Translations under genes and position numbers: made by a program | Notes under the pieces: model-generated | Database searches by the model: none | What the model was told of the DNA's origin: nothing | What the model saw: only the letters and a program-made list of their open reading frames with translations | Shown here: positions 13,899-23,051 of the stretch, piece after piece | Numbering within the stretch: the first letter of the stretch is position 1 | Layout of the letters: each line of letters starts with the position of its first letter | Origin: Armatimonadota bacterium | GTDB taxonomy: Bacteria; Armatimonadota; UBA5829; DTLH01 | Direction of reading: 5' to 3' | DNA: 64,000 nt | NCBI GenBank assembly: GCA_029551395.1 | Contig: JAKPFN010000046.1 | Span: forward strand, 15,752 to 79,751

Positions 13899-14396
13899 AT
13901 GGATGCCATAGAATGTTTGAAAACCCGAAGAAGTGTTCGAAGTTATACAAACCAGCCAGTACCCAGAGAAGTAATTGAAGATATAGTCGATGCTGGGAGG
14001 CTTGCAGCGTCTGCTATCAATATTCAACCCTGGCAGTTTATTGTTGTGACAGACAGTAGGATGAGACAGAAACTCGCTGATATTACGGACCACGGTAAAT
14101 TTATTGCCGATGCGCCTGTCTGTATTGTTGTTTTTTGCGAAGATTGTAAATACTATCTGGAAGATGGATCAGCAGCTACACAGAATATTCTGAATGCAGC
14201 TAAAGCTCATGGACTTGGCTCATGTTGGATTGCAGGTGATAAGAAACCTTATGCTGATCAGATAAGAGATCTGTTGGGATTACCTGAGAACTACAAGCTT
14301 ATCAGTCTTATCACAATAGGACATGCAGCATCCATACCAAACCCGGAGAAGAAAACCTTGTCTTCAGTGATGCACTGGGAGAGATTCTCAGGCTGA
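13899..14396 (+). CDS. Nitroreductase family protein
   Basis: RRSVRSY, AASAINIQPWQF, GLGSCWI. Confidence 0.93.
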   Translation: MDAIECLKTRRSVRSYTNQPVPREVIEDIVDAGRLAASAINIQPWQFIVVTDSRMRQKLADITDHGKFIADAPVCIVVFCEDCKYYLEDGSAATQNILNAAKAHGLGSCWIAGDKKPYADQIRDLLGLPENYKLISLITIGHAASIPNPEKKTLSSVMHWERFSG

Positions 14397-14427
14397 TATT
14401 TTAATATACAAAGGAGGAACTGGTTCA

Positions 14428-14889
14428 ATGGCAAGAAATATTGAGAATGCCCTTAATTCATTTACCTACGGGGTCTATGTAGTCAGCGGCCGTCGTGGTG
14501 AACGAGCCAACGGGCTAACCTGCGCATGGGTTACGCGAGTATCGATGGAGCCGGCTTTGGTTGCTGTAGCTGTCGGAAAGCCCCGTTACACTCACGATTT
14601 CATTAAAGAAGGTGGAGCATTTGCTGTGAGTGTGCTTTCAGAGAATCAAGTGGAAATCGGCCGATATTTTGGTACGGTTTCAGGCAAGGATGAGGACAAG
14701 TTTGCTAAATACTCACACTTCACAAAGACAACAGGTGTTCCTATTATTGCCGACTGCGCTGCCTGGGTGGACTGCAAGCTGATACACAGCTATGATGCAG
14801 GAGACCATACAATTTTCGTTGGTGAAGTGGTTGATGCAGGTACTTCGGATGCTGCACCGCTCGTATTCAGACCAGGTGATTATTTCTAA
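14428..14889 (+). CDS. Flavin reductase family protein
   Basis: YGVYVV, VSMEPA, GTVSG..EDKF, AGDHTIFVGEV. Confidence 0.92.
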   Translation: MARNIENALNSFTYGVYVVSGRRGERANGLTCAWVTRVSMEPALVAVAVGKPRYTHDFIKEGGAFAVSVLSENQVEIGRYFGTVSGKDEDKFAKYSHFTKTTGVPIIADCAAWVDCKLIHSYDAGDHTIFVGEVVDAGTSDAAPLVFRPGDYF

Positions 14890-15000
14890 GGCAATAAATT
14901 TCTGCACGATATTGTGCAAATGTATGAAGGATAATCGTTATTGAATAGCTAATGTTTTTATATAACCACAGGGCTGACTGGCCAACAAGAGGAGGATGAT

Positions 15001-16161
15001 ATGGGGAAGGTTAAAACTGGGATTATCGGCACTGGGTTCATAGGCCCAGCACATGTAGAAGCTGTCAGACGGCTTGGCTATGTGGAAGTAGCTGCAGTTG
15101 CTGAGGCAAACAAGGACCTGGCAGAGCAAAAAGCAGCCGCTCTTTCGATACCAAAGGCCTATGGATCCTATCAGGAACTTCTTGCTGATCCGGAGATTCA
15201 GGTAGTGCATGTTTGTACGCCCAACACTCTCCATTATCCGATAGTGAAAGATGCCCTTCAGGCTGGCAAGCATGTTTATTGCGAGAAACCGCTTGCTATG
15301 AACAGCCGGGAATCCGCAGAACTGGTCAAGATGGCTGATGATCTTGGTCTTGTAAATGCAGTCAACTTCAACTATCGGTTTTACCCGTTAAACCAGGAAG
15401 CAAAGGCAAAGGTGCAGTCAGGAGAGATAGGCCGAACGCTTGTTATTACTGGCAGCTATCTTCAGGATTGGCTCCTTTTACCTACGGACTACAACTGGAG
15501 GATAGAGCCTGATCTTGGAGGCGAGTCCAGAGCAGTTGCGGATATCGGCAGCCATTGGTGCGACCTCATATCGTTCATCACCGGGCAGAAATTTACCCGA
15601 GTATATGCTGACCTTGCTGTGGTCCATAAAACCCGCATGAAGCCTAAGAAAGCCATAGAGACATACGCAGGCAAGGAACTCACTCCTGAGGATTATGAAG
15701 CTGTGCCAGTTACGACTGAGGACTATGGGACTGTTATGTTTGAGATGGATGGCGGCGCTCGGGGGGTCTTTACTGTCTGCCAGGTTTGTGCAGGCCGGAA
15801 AAATCGGCTTTACTACGAAATCGATTGCGAGAAAGCGGCTCTTGCTTATGATCAGGAAGATGTGGAGCGGTTGTGGATTGGCCGAAGAGATGGCCCGAAC
15901 CAGGTTCTGATGCGCGATCCATCTATTCTTTCAAGCCACGCTAAACAATATACATCATATCCTGGAGGCCACCCGGAAGGTTATCCTGATGGTCTGAAGA
16001 ACTTCATGTCCAGTTTTTATGGCTTCGTGATCTCAGATAAGGATCCAAGAAAGGAAAAACCGGACTTCCCAACATTCATAGATGGGCATGCTGAGATTGC
16101 AATAGTCGAAGCTGTGTTAACCTCTGCCAAAAAGCAGGCTTGGACGGAAGTTATCTACTAA
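15001..16161 (+). CDS. Gfo/Idh/MocA family oxidoreductase
   Basis: GIIGTGFIG, TPNTLH, KHVYCEKP, ADIGSHW. Confidence 0.93.
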   Translation: MGKVKTGIIGTGFIGPAHVEAVRRLGYVEVAAVAEANKDLAEQKAAALSIPKAYGSYQELLADPEIQVVHVCTPNTLHYPIVKDALQAGKHVYCEKPLAMNSRESAELVKMADDLGLVNAVNFNYRFYPLNQEAKAKVQSGEIGRTLVITGSYLQDWLLLPTDYNWRIEPDLGGESRAVADIGSHWCDLISFITGQKFTRVYADLAVVHKTRMKPKKAIETYAGKELTPEDYEAVPVTTEDYGTVMFEMDGGARGVFTVCQVCAGRKNRLYYEIDCEKAALAYDQEDVERLWIGRRDGPNQVLMRDPSILSSHAKQYTSYPGGHPEGYPDGLKNFMSSFYGFVISDKDPRKEKPDFPTFIDGHAEIAIVEAVLTSAKKQAWTEVIY

Positions 16162-16200
16162 GTTGAACGGATATTTTTCCATGCGCTAAAAGCGCAGAAA

Positions 16201-16764
16201 GTGATGCCTACTGTGTCGCAGCATTACAAAATTTTAGGTTGGCTATTCCTGATTTTTGGAGTCCTGGGAGTGCTTGGAAGTCTCGGCGGAATTGTATTTA
16301 TGGGGTTCATGATAGAATTTATCCAGCAGGATATTATGGAGAGTATGCCTTCATACGCGCCACAAACCGAAACGCCGGGATTAGCTCCATCTCCAACAGA
16401 ACCAACACCTGTTCCAGAGCAACCAGCAACATCACCAGGAGATATACCGCAAGCAACTGATTCACAACAATCGCGGCCTGGTCAAGTTCCACCTCAGCAG
16501 TTTCTTGATATATTCAGGATAATTTGGATGGCGATTCTTGCCTTGGCATTGATTTCATCTCTGCTGTCAGTATTAGCTGGTTGGGGGCTGTTCGCACGGA
16601 AAGCATGGGCGAAAGTAATAACAATTATTGTCTCAGTTCTGTACATTATCAATTTTGCAGGTTTTCCCGTTATCACAGGCATTGGGATTTATGGTCTTTG
16701 GGCGATGTTCCAAACCGGCAAACCAAATGCCTGGGAGCAGTATGTAGCTGGAGAAAATCCGTAG
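16201..16764 (+). CDS. Hypothetical membrane protein with Pro/Thr/Gln-rich loop
   Basis: About four hydrophobic segments; P/T/Q-rich stretch between TM1 and TM2. Confidence 0.7.
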   Translation: MMPTVSQHYKILGWLFLIFGVLGVLGSLGGIVFMGFMIEFIQQDIMESMPSYAPQTETPGLAPSPTEPTPVPEQPATSPGDIPQATDSQQSRPGQVPPQQFLDIFRIIWMAILALALISSLLSVLAGWGLFARKAWAKVITIIVSVLYIINFAGFPVITGIGIYGLWAMFQTGKPNAWEQYVAGENP

Positions 16765-16787
16765 AAAGTAAATACTGGTTGATATTA

Positions 16788-16819
16788 AAAGGCCGGCAGC
16801 GATTCATCTGCCGGCCTTT
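16788..16819. terminator. Bidirectional terminator between convergent genes
   Basis: Perfect 12-bp stem AAAGGCCGGCAG / CTGCCGGCCTTT. Confidence 0.8.
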
Positions 16820-16824
16820 GTAGT

Positions 16825-18594
16825 TTATTCTCTGAATGCGTTAGTGATTGGAAGCCGCCGGTCTTTACCGAATGCTTTGGGGGTTATTTTTACTCCCGGG
16901 GCAGCCTGCCGACGCTTATATTCGTTCCTGTCGACCATTGCAATTACCCGCCGAACAACATCCTCAGGATAACCTTTGGCTATAATCTCACCTGGAGAAG
17001 CATCCTGTTCGATGTAGAGATGCAGTATAGGGTCCAGCAGTTCATAAGGTGGAAGTGTATCCTGGTCTTTCTGGTCTGGCCGAAGCTCTGCCGATGGCGG
17101 CCTTTCTATTGTAGTCTGCGGGATGACAGGGCTTATTGTGTTCCTGTAATTCGACAGCTCATATACGAGAGTCTTCGGCACATCTTTGAGCACAGCAAAA
17201 CCACCAGCCATGTCTCCGTAAAGCGTTGCATAGCCGGTAGCCAATTCGCTTTTATTGCCTGTGGTTAAAACAAGCCATTTGAACTTGTTGGAAAGAGCCA
17301 TCAGATAGTTACCGCGAATACGGGCCTGGATATTCTCCTCAGTTACATCTGATGGATAACCTTCAAATACTGGCTTGAGAGCAGTCTTATAACATTCGAA
17401 GACCTCTTGGATTGGGATGGTTATAAGATTTATTCCGAGATTCTTTGCAAGCAGCTCTGCATCGGTTTTCGTGCCTTCGGATGTGAATATAGACGGCATA
17501 GAAACGCCTGTAACATTCTCCGGGCCAAGTGCATCGACGGCTACAGCTGCTGTTAGTGCGGAATCGATTCCTCCGCTAAGTCCGATGACCACATGGCTGA
17601 ACTTATTCTTCTTAACATAGTCTCGGGTGCCAAGAACAAGTGCTTTATATACTTCCTCAACTCGCTCAGGAGGACTTACTTGCTTTGTTGCCAATCGAGG
17701 CCGTTCAATCTCTCGTTTCGGGCCAAGGTCTATCAATCGTACAGGAAATTCAGGATCTCTACAGGCAGGAGATTCCTGTCTCCATCTAGGGTCAGCCAGA
17801 CGGGTATGCCATACGCTACCGATATCAAGGTCTGCGACAACCAGTTCTTCCTCAAATGGAGTTCCGCGTGATACCAGTTTCGCACGTGGGTCTATAATCA
17901 TAGAATGACCGTCGAAGACAAGCTCATCCTGACCGCCAACCTGGTTCACATACACAACGTACGCTGAATTATCGCCCGCACGGGTAGTGAGCATACTGTC
18001 TCGCCATTTCCACTTGAGCGAATAGAACGGTGAAGCGTTTATGTTGATAAGAACCTGTGCGCCGGCAAGCGCTTGAGCGCGGTGTGGGCCATCGGGATAC
18101 CACATATCTTCGCAGATCGATACGCCAAAAACTGGGCCGCCCAGACGGAAGATAGAAGTTTCGCAGCCTTTTTGGAAGTATCGAAATTCATCGAACACTC
18201 CGTAGTTCGGCAGAAACACTTTTCGATGTACCCCGGCTAACTTGCCATTGTGGATAACGGCAGCAGCGTTATAGATATCTGCATTAACATCTACAAATCC
18301 GCAAATAGTGGTGATATCATTTGAAGCTGCAATTATTTTGTCAAGCGCTTGCAGGTTCTTCTCAAGGAATGATGGCTTAAGGAGAAGATCTTCAGGAGGG
18401 TAGCCGGTAATGGCAAGTTCGGTGAAAGCTATAATGTCCGCACCTGCATTGCGCCCCTGGTCTATGAAGTCTATTATCTTATCAGTATTGCCTTCGATGT
18501 CTCCGACGGTTGGATTGATCTGTGCAAGAGCGATTCTCAGGCTTCCGCGAATAGATCCGGTATGGTTATCCAATCGAATGTCCTCCAGTATCAT
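16825..18594 (-). CDS. nadE: Glutamine-dependent NAD+ synthetase
   Basis: CN-hydrolase domain (ELAITGYPPEDL, LPNYGVFDE, ICED) plus [31 protein letters not shown]. Confidence 0.97.
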   Translation of the reverse strand: MILEDIRLDNHTGSIRGSLRIALAQINPTVGDIEGNTDKIIDFIDQGRNAGADIIAFTELAITGYPPEDLLLKPSFLEKNLQALDKIIAASNDITTICGFVDVNADIYNAAAVIHNGKLAGVHRKVFLPNYGVFDEFRYFQKGCETSIFRLGGPVFGVSICEDMWYPDGPHRAQALAGAQVLININASPFYSLKWKWRDSMLTTRAGDNSAYVVYVNQVGGQDELVFDGHSMIIDPRAKLVSRGTPFEEELVVADLDIGSVWHTRLADPRWRQESPACRDPEFPVRLIDLGPKREIERPRLATKQVSPPERVEEVYKALVLGTRDYVKKNKFSHVVIGLSGGIDSALTAAVAVDALGPENVTGVSMPSIFTSEGTKTDAELLAKNLGINLITIPIQEVFECYKTALKPVFEGYPSDVTEENIQARIRGNYLMALSNKFKWLVLTTGNKSELATGYATLYGDMAGGFAVLKDVPKTLVYELSNYRNTISPVIPQTTIERPPSAELRPDQKDQDTLPPYELLDPILHLYIEQDASPGEIIAKGYPEDVVRRVIAMVDRNEYKRRQAAPGVKITPKAFGKDRRLPITNAFRE

Positions 18595-18667
18595 ACATGG
18601 AGTCTACACCTAAAAAGCCACTTTTGGCAAACAGGCTTAGAGGAATATTTGCTGTCCTGGCACAGCA

Positions 18668-19747
18668 TTAACCATACTTTGCCTTAAACGCTCTCATGAA
18701 CGATACGAGTGCATCTACAGCTTCCTGCGGCACAGCGTTATATATGCTTGCACGGATTCCTCCGACCGATCTGTGTCCTTTCAGCCCGATCATTCCGGCT
18801 TTTTTAGCTTCTGATACAAAAAGCTCTTCCAGGTCTTCATTAGGGAGCCGCCAGACAACATTCATAATAGACCGGCATTTTCTATCGGCTGGTGTGTGCC
18901 AAAAGTTGCTGGAATCCAGTTCTTCGTAGAGTGTTGCCGCTTTATGTTCGTTCAACTTCTCTATCTCAGAGATTCCGCCCAGAGAGTCGAGCCATTCTGT
19001 CACCAGTTTCAGAATATATATTGCCCAGGTGTTTGGAGTATTGTAAAGGCTCTTTTCCTCAAGATGAGTTTTATAACGAAGGAAAATGGGTGCATCTTCA
19101 GGCACTCGATCTATTAAATCTTTACGTAGAATTACCAGTGCCAGCCCGGATGGCCCCAGGTTCTTTTGTGCTCCGGCGTAGATCATGCCGAACTGGTTTA
19201 TATCAATGACTCGTGACATAATCTCACTGGACAAATCAGCTATTAACGGTGCTTTGGTTTTTGGAAATGTGGGATAACGGATGCCTCCGATCGTCTCGTT
19301 AGAGCAGATATGAACATACTCCGCGTCTTCAGTAAGGTTGAGTTCTTCAGTCGCAGGAGTACGCATATAGTTCGCTTCTTTGCCGTCCCATATAACGTTA
19401 ACGCTGCCTGTGGTCTTTGCTTCCTTGATAGCCTTTGCCGACCAACTGCCAGTGTGGATATAATCAGCAGTCTTTCCAGGACGGCGAAGGTTCATAGGAA
19501 CCATAGCAAACTGCATACTGGCTCCGCCTTGAAGGAAAAGGACAGCGTAATCGTCACTAATGCCCATCAGCTTTCTGACATTAGCCTCTGCACCTTCGAT
19601 TATTGCAGCGAAATCCTTGGACCTGTGAGACATCTCCATTACAGACATCCCAGAGCCAGCGTAATCGAGCATTTCAGACTGCGCCCGCTCCAGAACAGCA
19701 AGTGGAAGCGCTGCAGGTCCAGCATTGAAGTTATAAACACGAGCCAT
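18668..19747 (-). CDS. serC: Phosphoserine aminotransferase
   Basis: YNFNAGPAALP, MEMSHR, NETIGG, YAGAQKNLG, GHRSVGGIRASIYNA. Confidence 0.98.
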   Translation of the reverse strand: MARVYNFNAGPAALPLAVLERAQSEMLDYAGSGMSVMEMSHRSKDFAAIIEGAEANVRKLMGISDDYAVLFLQGGASMQFAMVPMNLRRPGKTADYIHTGSWSAKAIKEAKTTGSVNVIWDGKEANYMRTPATEELNLTEDAEYVHICSNETIGGIRYPTFPKTKAPLIADLSSEIMSRVIDINQFGMIYAGAQKNLGPSGLALVILRKDLIDRVPEDAPIFLRYKTHLEEKSLYNTPNTWAIYILKLVTEWLDSLGGISEIEKLNEHKAATLYEELDSSNFWHTPADRKCRSIMNVVWRLPNEDLEELFVSEAKKAGMIGLKGHRSVGGIRASIYNAVPQEAVDALVSFMRAFKAKYG

Positions 19748-19841
19748 TAACCATACTCCTTACTCATCAATATCCTTACTCAAATATTCCATCAATTATA
19801 CTGGGATTCCTTAAGATAATGTTCTTATCTTTATCTCCTTT

Positions 19842-19978
19842 CTCGGGAGGGATTTGAAATTCCTCACAGACGTATAGCTAAGGGATCGGTGATCCTAGAT
19901 TATTATCAAAAACACCAAGGAACGGGATTGCAAATCTCTCGGTTGTTGTTCCGGGCTAAATTGCAAATTTAGCCCGAG
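19842..19978. repeat. Cluster of related palindromes (REP/REPIN-like)
   Basis: Three hairpins with ATTTG(C/A)AAT core at 19847-19865, 19924-19938 and 19952-19976; element bounded by CTCGGG...CCCGAG. Confidence 0.5.
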
Positions 19979-20033
19979 GGTAGGGTAGGTTTAGCTCAAG
20001 GGTAGATACGAGACTGATTTGAGATATAAGCAA

Positions 20034-20061
20034 AGAAGCCAGAGAATATATCCCCAGCTTC
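20034..20061 (-). terminator. Possible terminator after the PRC-barrel gene
   Basis: AGAAGCTGGGGA...TCTCTGGCTTCT with G-U pairs, then T-rich tail on the minus strand. Confidence 0.4.
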
Positions 20062-20094
20062 TCGTAGAATGATTCATCTTGGAAGACTCATGTG

Positions 20095-20511
20095 TTACTT
20101 CAGACGTTCTTCTTCAGACTCATCTATCTCCTCGGCAAAGATTTCCTCTTCTTCCATTTCCTCCTGCCAACCTGAAACCATCTGGTTCCAATAGTTAACA
20201 TGAGGCTGGATGTCCTCTGTTTTGTCAGAAAAATCAGGTGCTTCGTCAAGGTCACCTTTAGTAACAGGTAGAACGAGCTGCTTACTGGCTTCGTCCAAAA
20301 ACATCAGTTCAAGCGGGACTATGGTGCAGCGATTATTGCTATAGCAGACCGCGCCGAAGAGTATTTCTCCACTTTCAGTTTCAACAAGCATATCATCAAG
20401 GGATCCAATTACCTGACCGTCTGCGTCAGCTACATCCCATCCGAGTAGATTAGGTTGTCCCGGTTCTACACGGTAGTCTATCTGTGTCAATCTAACAAGC
20501 TCACCAGCCAT
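20095..20511 (-). CDS. PRC-barrel domain protein
   Basis: LLGWDVADADGQVIGSLDDMLVE, LDEAPDF; acidic tail; GAGGGGAGG SD. Confidence 0.85.
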   Translation of the reverse strand: MAGELVRLTQIDYRVEPGQPNLLGWDVADADGQVIGSLDDMLVETESGEILFGAVCYSNNRCTIVPLELMFLDEASKQLVLPVTKGDLDEAPDFSDKTEDIQPHVNYWNQMVSGWQEEMEEEEIFAEEIDESEEERLK

Positions 20512-20589
20512 TTGTTTATGGTCCTCCCCTCTCGTGGGACTGATACATCACACGATTATTTATGTTGCAGGGTCGCTATCTATACGGGC

Positions 20590-21363
20590 TTACCCTGTGA
20601 TAACTCTCACCAAAACCTTGGAACCTAACATGAGTCCTAATTCAACAGCCACATTGCCCATATTGATGGCGATCTCCAGCTGTCCCGATGATCCAAACAG
20701 CGCTGCAGGCCCTCCGGGAGTTGCCTCTGCGTATGTTCGTATTGGTCCATGGATCAGTTGACCAGAAACGGTGATAACAGCCGTTCGTGAACCCAACCAG
20801 TTACGGAACCGGGATTCCTCAATATCTGTAATGCAGTTTCCAAACCTGTCTATATGGATGATTCGGCCCTCAAAGGTGTTGTCAGAAGGAACAGGCGGAG
20901 GTGGAAGCATTACCGGGTCAAAAACCTGCGGCCCAAGCTCTGAAACAGGTGTGCCGAGCGATAAATAAGCTGCTGCTGGTGAGAAAATGTCTCTGCCATG
21001 GAATGTGCTGCTTATCTGTGGAAGCATGAACCGTGAATTGGTGATTTCATAAGCCTCAAATTGCTCTTCATTTCGTAAAACTGAAGTTAAAAGGCCATTG
21101 TCTGGCGCGACAAACATCCAGCTATTCGTGCGTACAGCCAATGCGCGTCTTTCAGTACCAACTCCTGGGTCTACTACGGCAACATGGACTGTTCCAGAGG
21201 GAAAATATCGGTATGCCGACTCCAGAAGAAACGCGCCTTGTTCAATTGCCTGAGGTTGAACATCGTGGGTGATGTCTATTATAGTTGCATCAGGCGAGAT
21301 AATCTGGGCAACATAAGTGTCTGATGCTCCGAAATCCGTTAGAAGTGTGATAATTGGAGGCAT
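20590..21363 (-). CDS. SAM hydrolase / chlorinase-fluorinase family (DUF62), apparent N-terminal in-frame deletion
   Basis: TLLTDFG, VVDPGVGT, APDNG, STFHGRDIF, IDRFGN, GSSGQLEIA. Confidence 0.9.
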   Translation of the reverse strand: MPPIITLLTDFGASDTYVAQIISPDATIIDITHDVQPQAIEQGAFLLESAYRYFPSGTVHVAVVDPGVGTERRALAVRTNSWMFVAPDNGLLTSVLRNEEQFEAYEITNSRFMLPQISSTFHGRDIFSPAAAYLSLGTPVSELGPQVFDPVMLPPPPVPSDNTFEGRIIHIDRFGNCITDIEESRFRNWLGSRTAVITVSGQLIHGPIRTYAEATPGGPAALFGSSGQLEIAINMGNVAVELGLMLGSKVLVRVITG

Positions 21364-21368
21364 TTCGG

Positions 21369-23048
21369 TTAGCCTGATTGTTTGTTAATGTCCGTCAATC
21401 GCTGTTCAGCTATAGGAGACCAGTCGGGGTCGAACAGCAGCGGATCTTCGGCTACCTTCCGATAAAAAGATTTAGCCTGCTCAGGATTGGATGATGCCAG
21501 CCTGTCTCCCTGGTTGATGTAGATTTCACATAATCGTTTTCTGGCAGCCTGAGCGAAGTCGTCATTACCTCCTGTTTCGATGGCCTTTCGTAATTCGGCA
21601 TCATATGTAGAGTAACCAAGGTAATGGTCAGCTATTCCCAGATAGTAGTGACCAGCAGAGTATGTAGGGTCAGCGTCAACAGTCCAGCTTGCATATTGCT
21701 TTAGTGACCTATATTGGCGCTGCTCAAGAGATTTTCCTGCCAGATCTGCGTATACATGAGCAAGCCGTCTGCGTGCCTCTGCACCTGCTTTTCCTGTACC
21801 TGCAGCCCTTTTTGCATTGTTGTACTGAACAAGAGCATCATCCACTCTGCCTTCTTTCATCAGCTTGTCACCCTGGCTGATGTATTTAGTGACGATTCGA
21901 GTCCGGGTCTGTTCGTCATACTTTGAATAGGCTTCGGTTACCATCCAAATAGCAAGTAAAAGCAAACCGGTCAGGCTGAGAACAATGAAAAGTGTTCCTA
22001 AGAATGCTCTTGTTTCCGGCGACATTCCTTTTCTTTGTGGAATCGGTGTCGGTACAGGTGACGATGGTACCGATTGAGCAAACGGATCAGGAACATATTG
22101 CCCTCCTGAAGGTGATGGAGGAGGGGAATATGTGGTTGGCGGCGCATACGTTGTCGGTGGCGAGCCTGTGCCGTAGGTTGTCATAATGCCCTGCGGCATA
22201 GGTGGGCTGTAAGGGTCGGAATATAGAGTTGCTCCATTGGCAGGTTCTTGCTTCAGAGCATCAGCCATTTCTTCCACAGACTGGAACCGCATATTGGGGT
22301 CTTTGGCCATAGCTTTTCTGATAATAGCTACCAGGTGAGGCTGGACTCCAGGTGGCGGAGGCGGTTCTGAGTTCATAATATTGTAGGTGATAGTGACTAC
22401 CGTATCACCAGCAAACGGTTTCTGGCCGGTAAGCATTTCATAAAGCAGCACACCGAGCGAAAAAATGTCAGAGCGGCCGTCAATATTCCTGCCGGAAACC
22501 TGCTCTGGAGACATATAGCTTGGAGTGCCAAAGACCTGTCCGTTGGCTGTGATAGATGGTTCTGACATTATTCTGGCGATGCCAAAATCAGTCAGCTTAA
22601 CGTGCCCGCCAGGTAATATCTGAACATTTTCAGGCTTAACATCCCGGTGGACTATATTATTCTGATGTGCCAGTGCCAGTGCTTCACAAAGCTGTAATGT
22701 AATGTCTACAGCATCCTTAACAGGTAGAGCGCCACGAGCTTTGATAGTGTCTCGAAGAGTCTGACCTCCCAGAAACTCCATTGCGATGAAGAACCGGTCA
22801 CCTTCCTGACCTATTTCGTAGACTGTCACGATATTCGGGTGTTCCAGACGTGCAGCAGCCTTGCCTTCGCGCATAAAACGCTCGATACGTTCGCGTTTTT
22901 GTGCGCCATCGATGTTGGGAGGAAAGTACAACTCTTTGAGCGCGACGCGTCGGCCCAGCGTTGGGTCAGTCGCCTCGTAGACGATGTCGTTGCTCCTCGC
23001 AATCTCTCGTATTATCTGGTATTTTCCAAGAGTGTTGGTTGATTCCAC
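21369..23048 (-). CDS. Hanks-type Ser/Thr kinase with Pro-rich linker, TM and C-terminal TPR-like domain
   Basis: VALKE, HPNIV, HRDVKPEN, TDFGIA, GTPSYMSPEQ; TM FLGTLFIVLSLTGLLLLAIW. Confidence 0.95.
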   Translation of the reverse strand: MESTNTLGKYQIIREIARSNDIVYEATDPTLGRRVALKELYFPPNIDGAQKRERIERFMREGKAAARLEHPNIVTVYEIGQEGDRFFIAMEFLGGQTLRDTIKARGALPVKDAVDITLQLCEALALAHQNNIVHRDVKPENVQILPGGHVKLTDFGIARIMSEPSITANGQVFGTPSYMSPEQVSGRNIDGRSDIFSLGVLLYEMLTGQKPFAGDTVVTITYNIMNSEPPPPPGVQPHLVAIIRKAMAKDPNMRFQSVEEMADALKQEPANGATLYSDPYSPPMPQGIMTTYGTGSPPTTYAPPTTYSPPPSPSGGQYVPDPFAQSVPSSPVPTPIPQRKGMSPETRAFLGTLFIVLSLTGLLLLAIWMVTEAYSKYDEQTRTRIVTKYISQGDKLMKEGRVDDALVQYNNAKRAAGTGKAGAEARRRLAHVYADLAGKSLEQRQYRSLKQYASWTVDADPTYSAGHYYLGIADHYLGYSTYDAELRKAIETGGNDDFAQAARKRLCEIYINQGDRLASSNPEQAKSFYRKVAEDPLLFDPDWSPIAEQRLTDINKQSG

Positions 23049-23051
23049 AGG

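Noticed and set aside
14903-14918. TGCACGATATTGTGCA palindrome as an NtrC-type operator
   Set aside because: Spacing differs from TGCAC-N7-GTGCA, it is a single copy, and no sigma54 promoter is seen.
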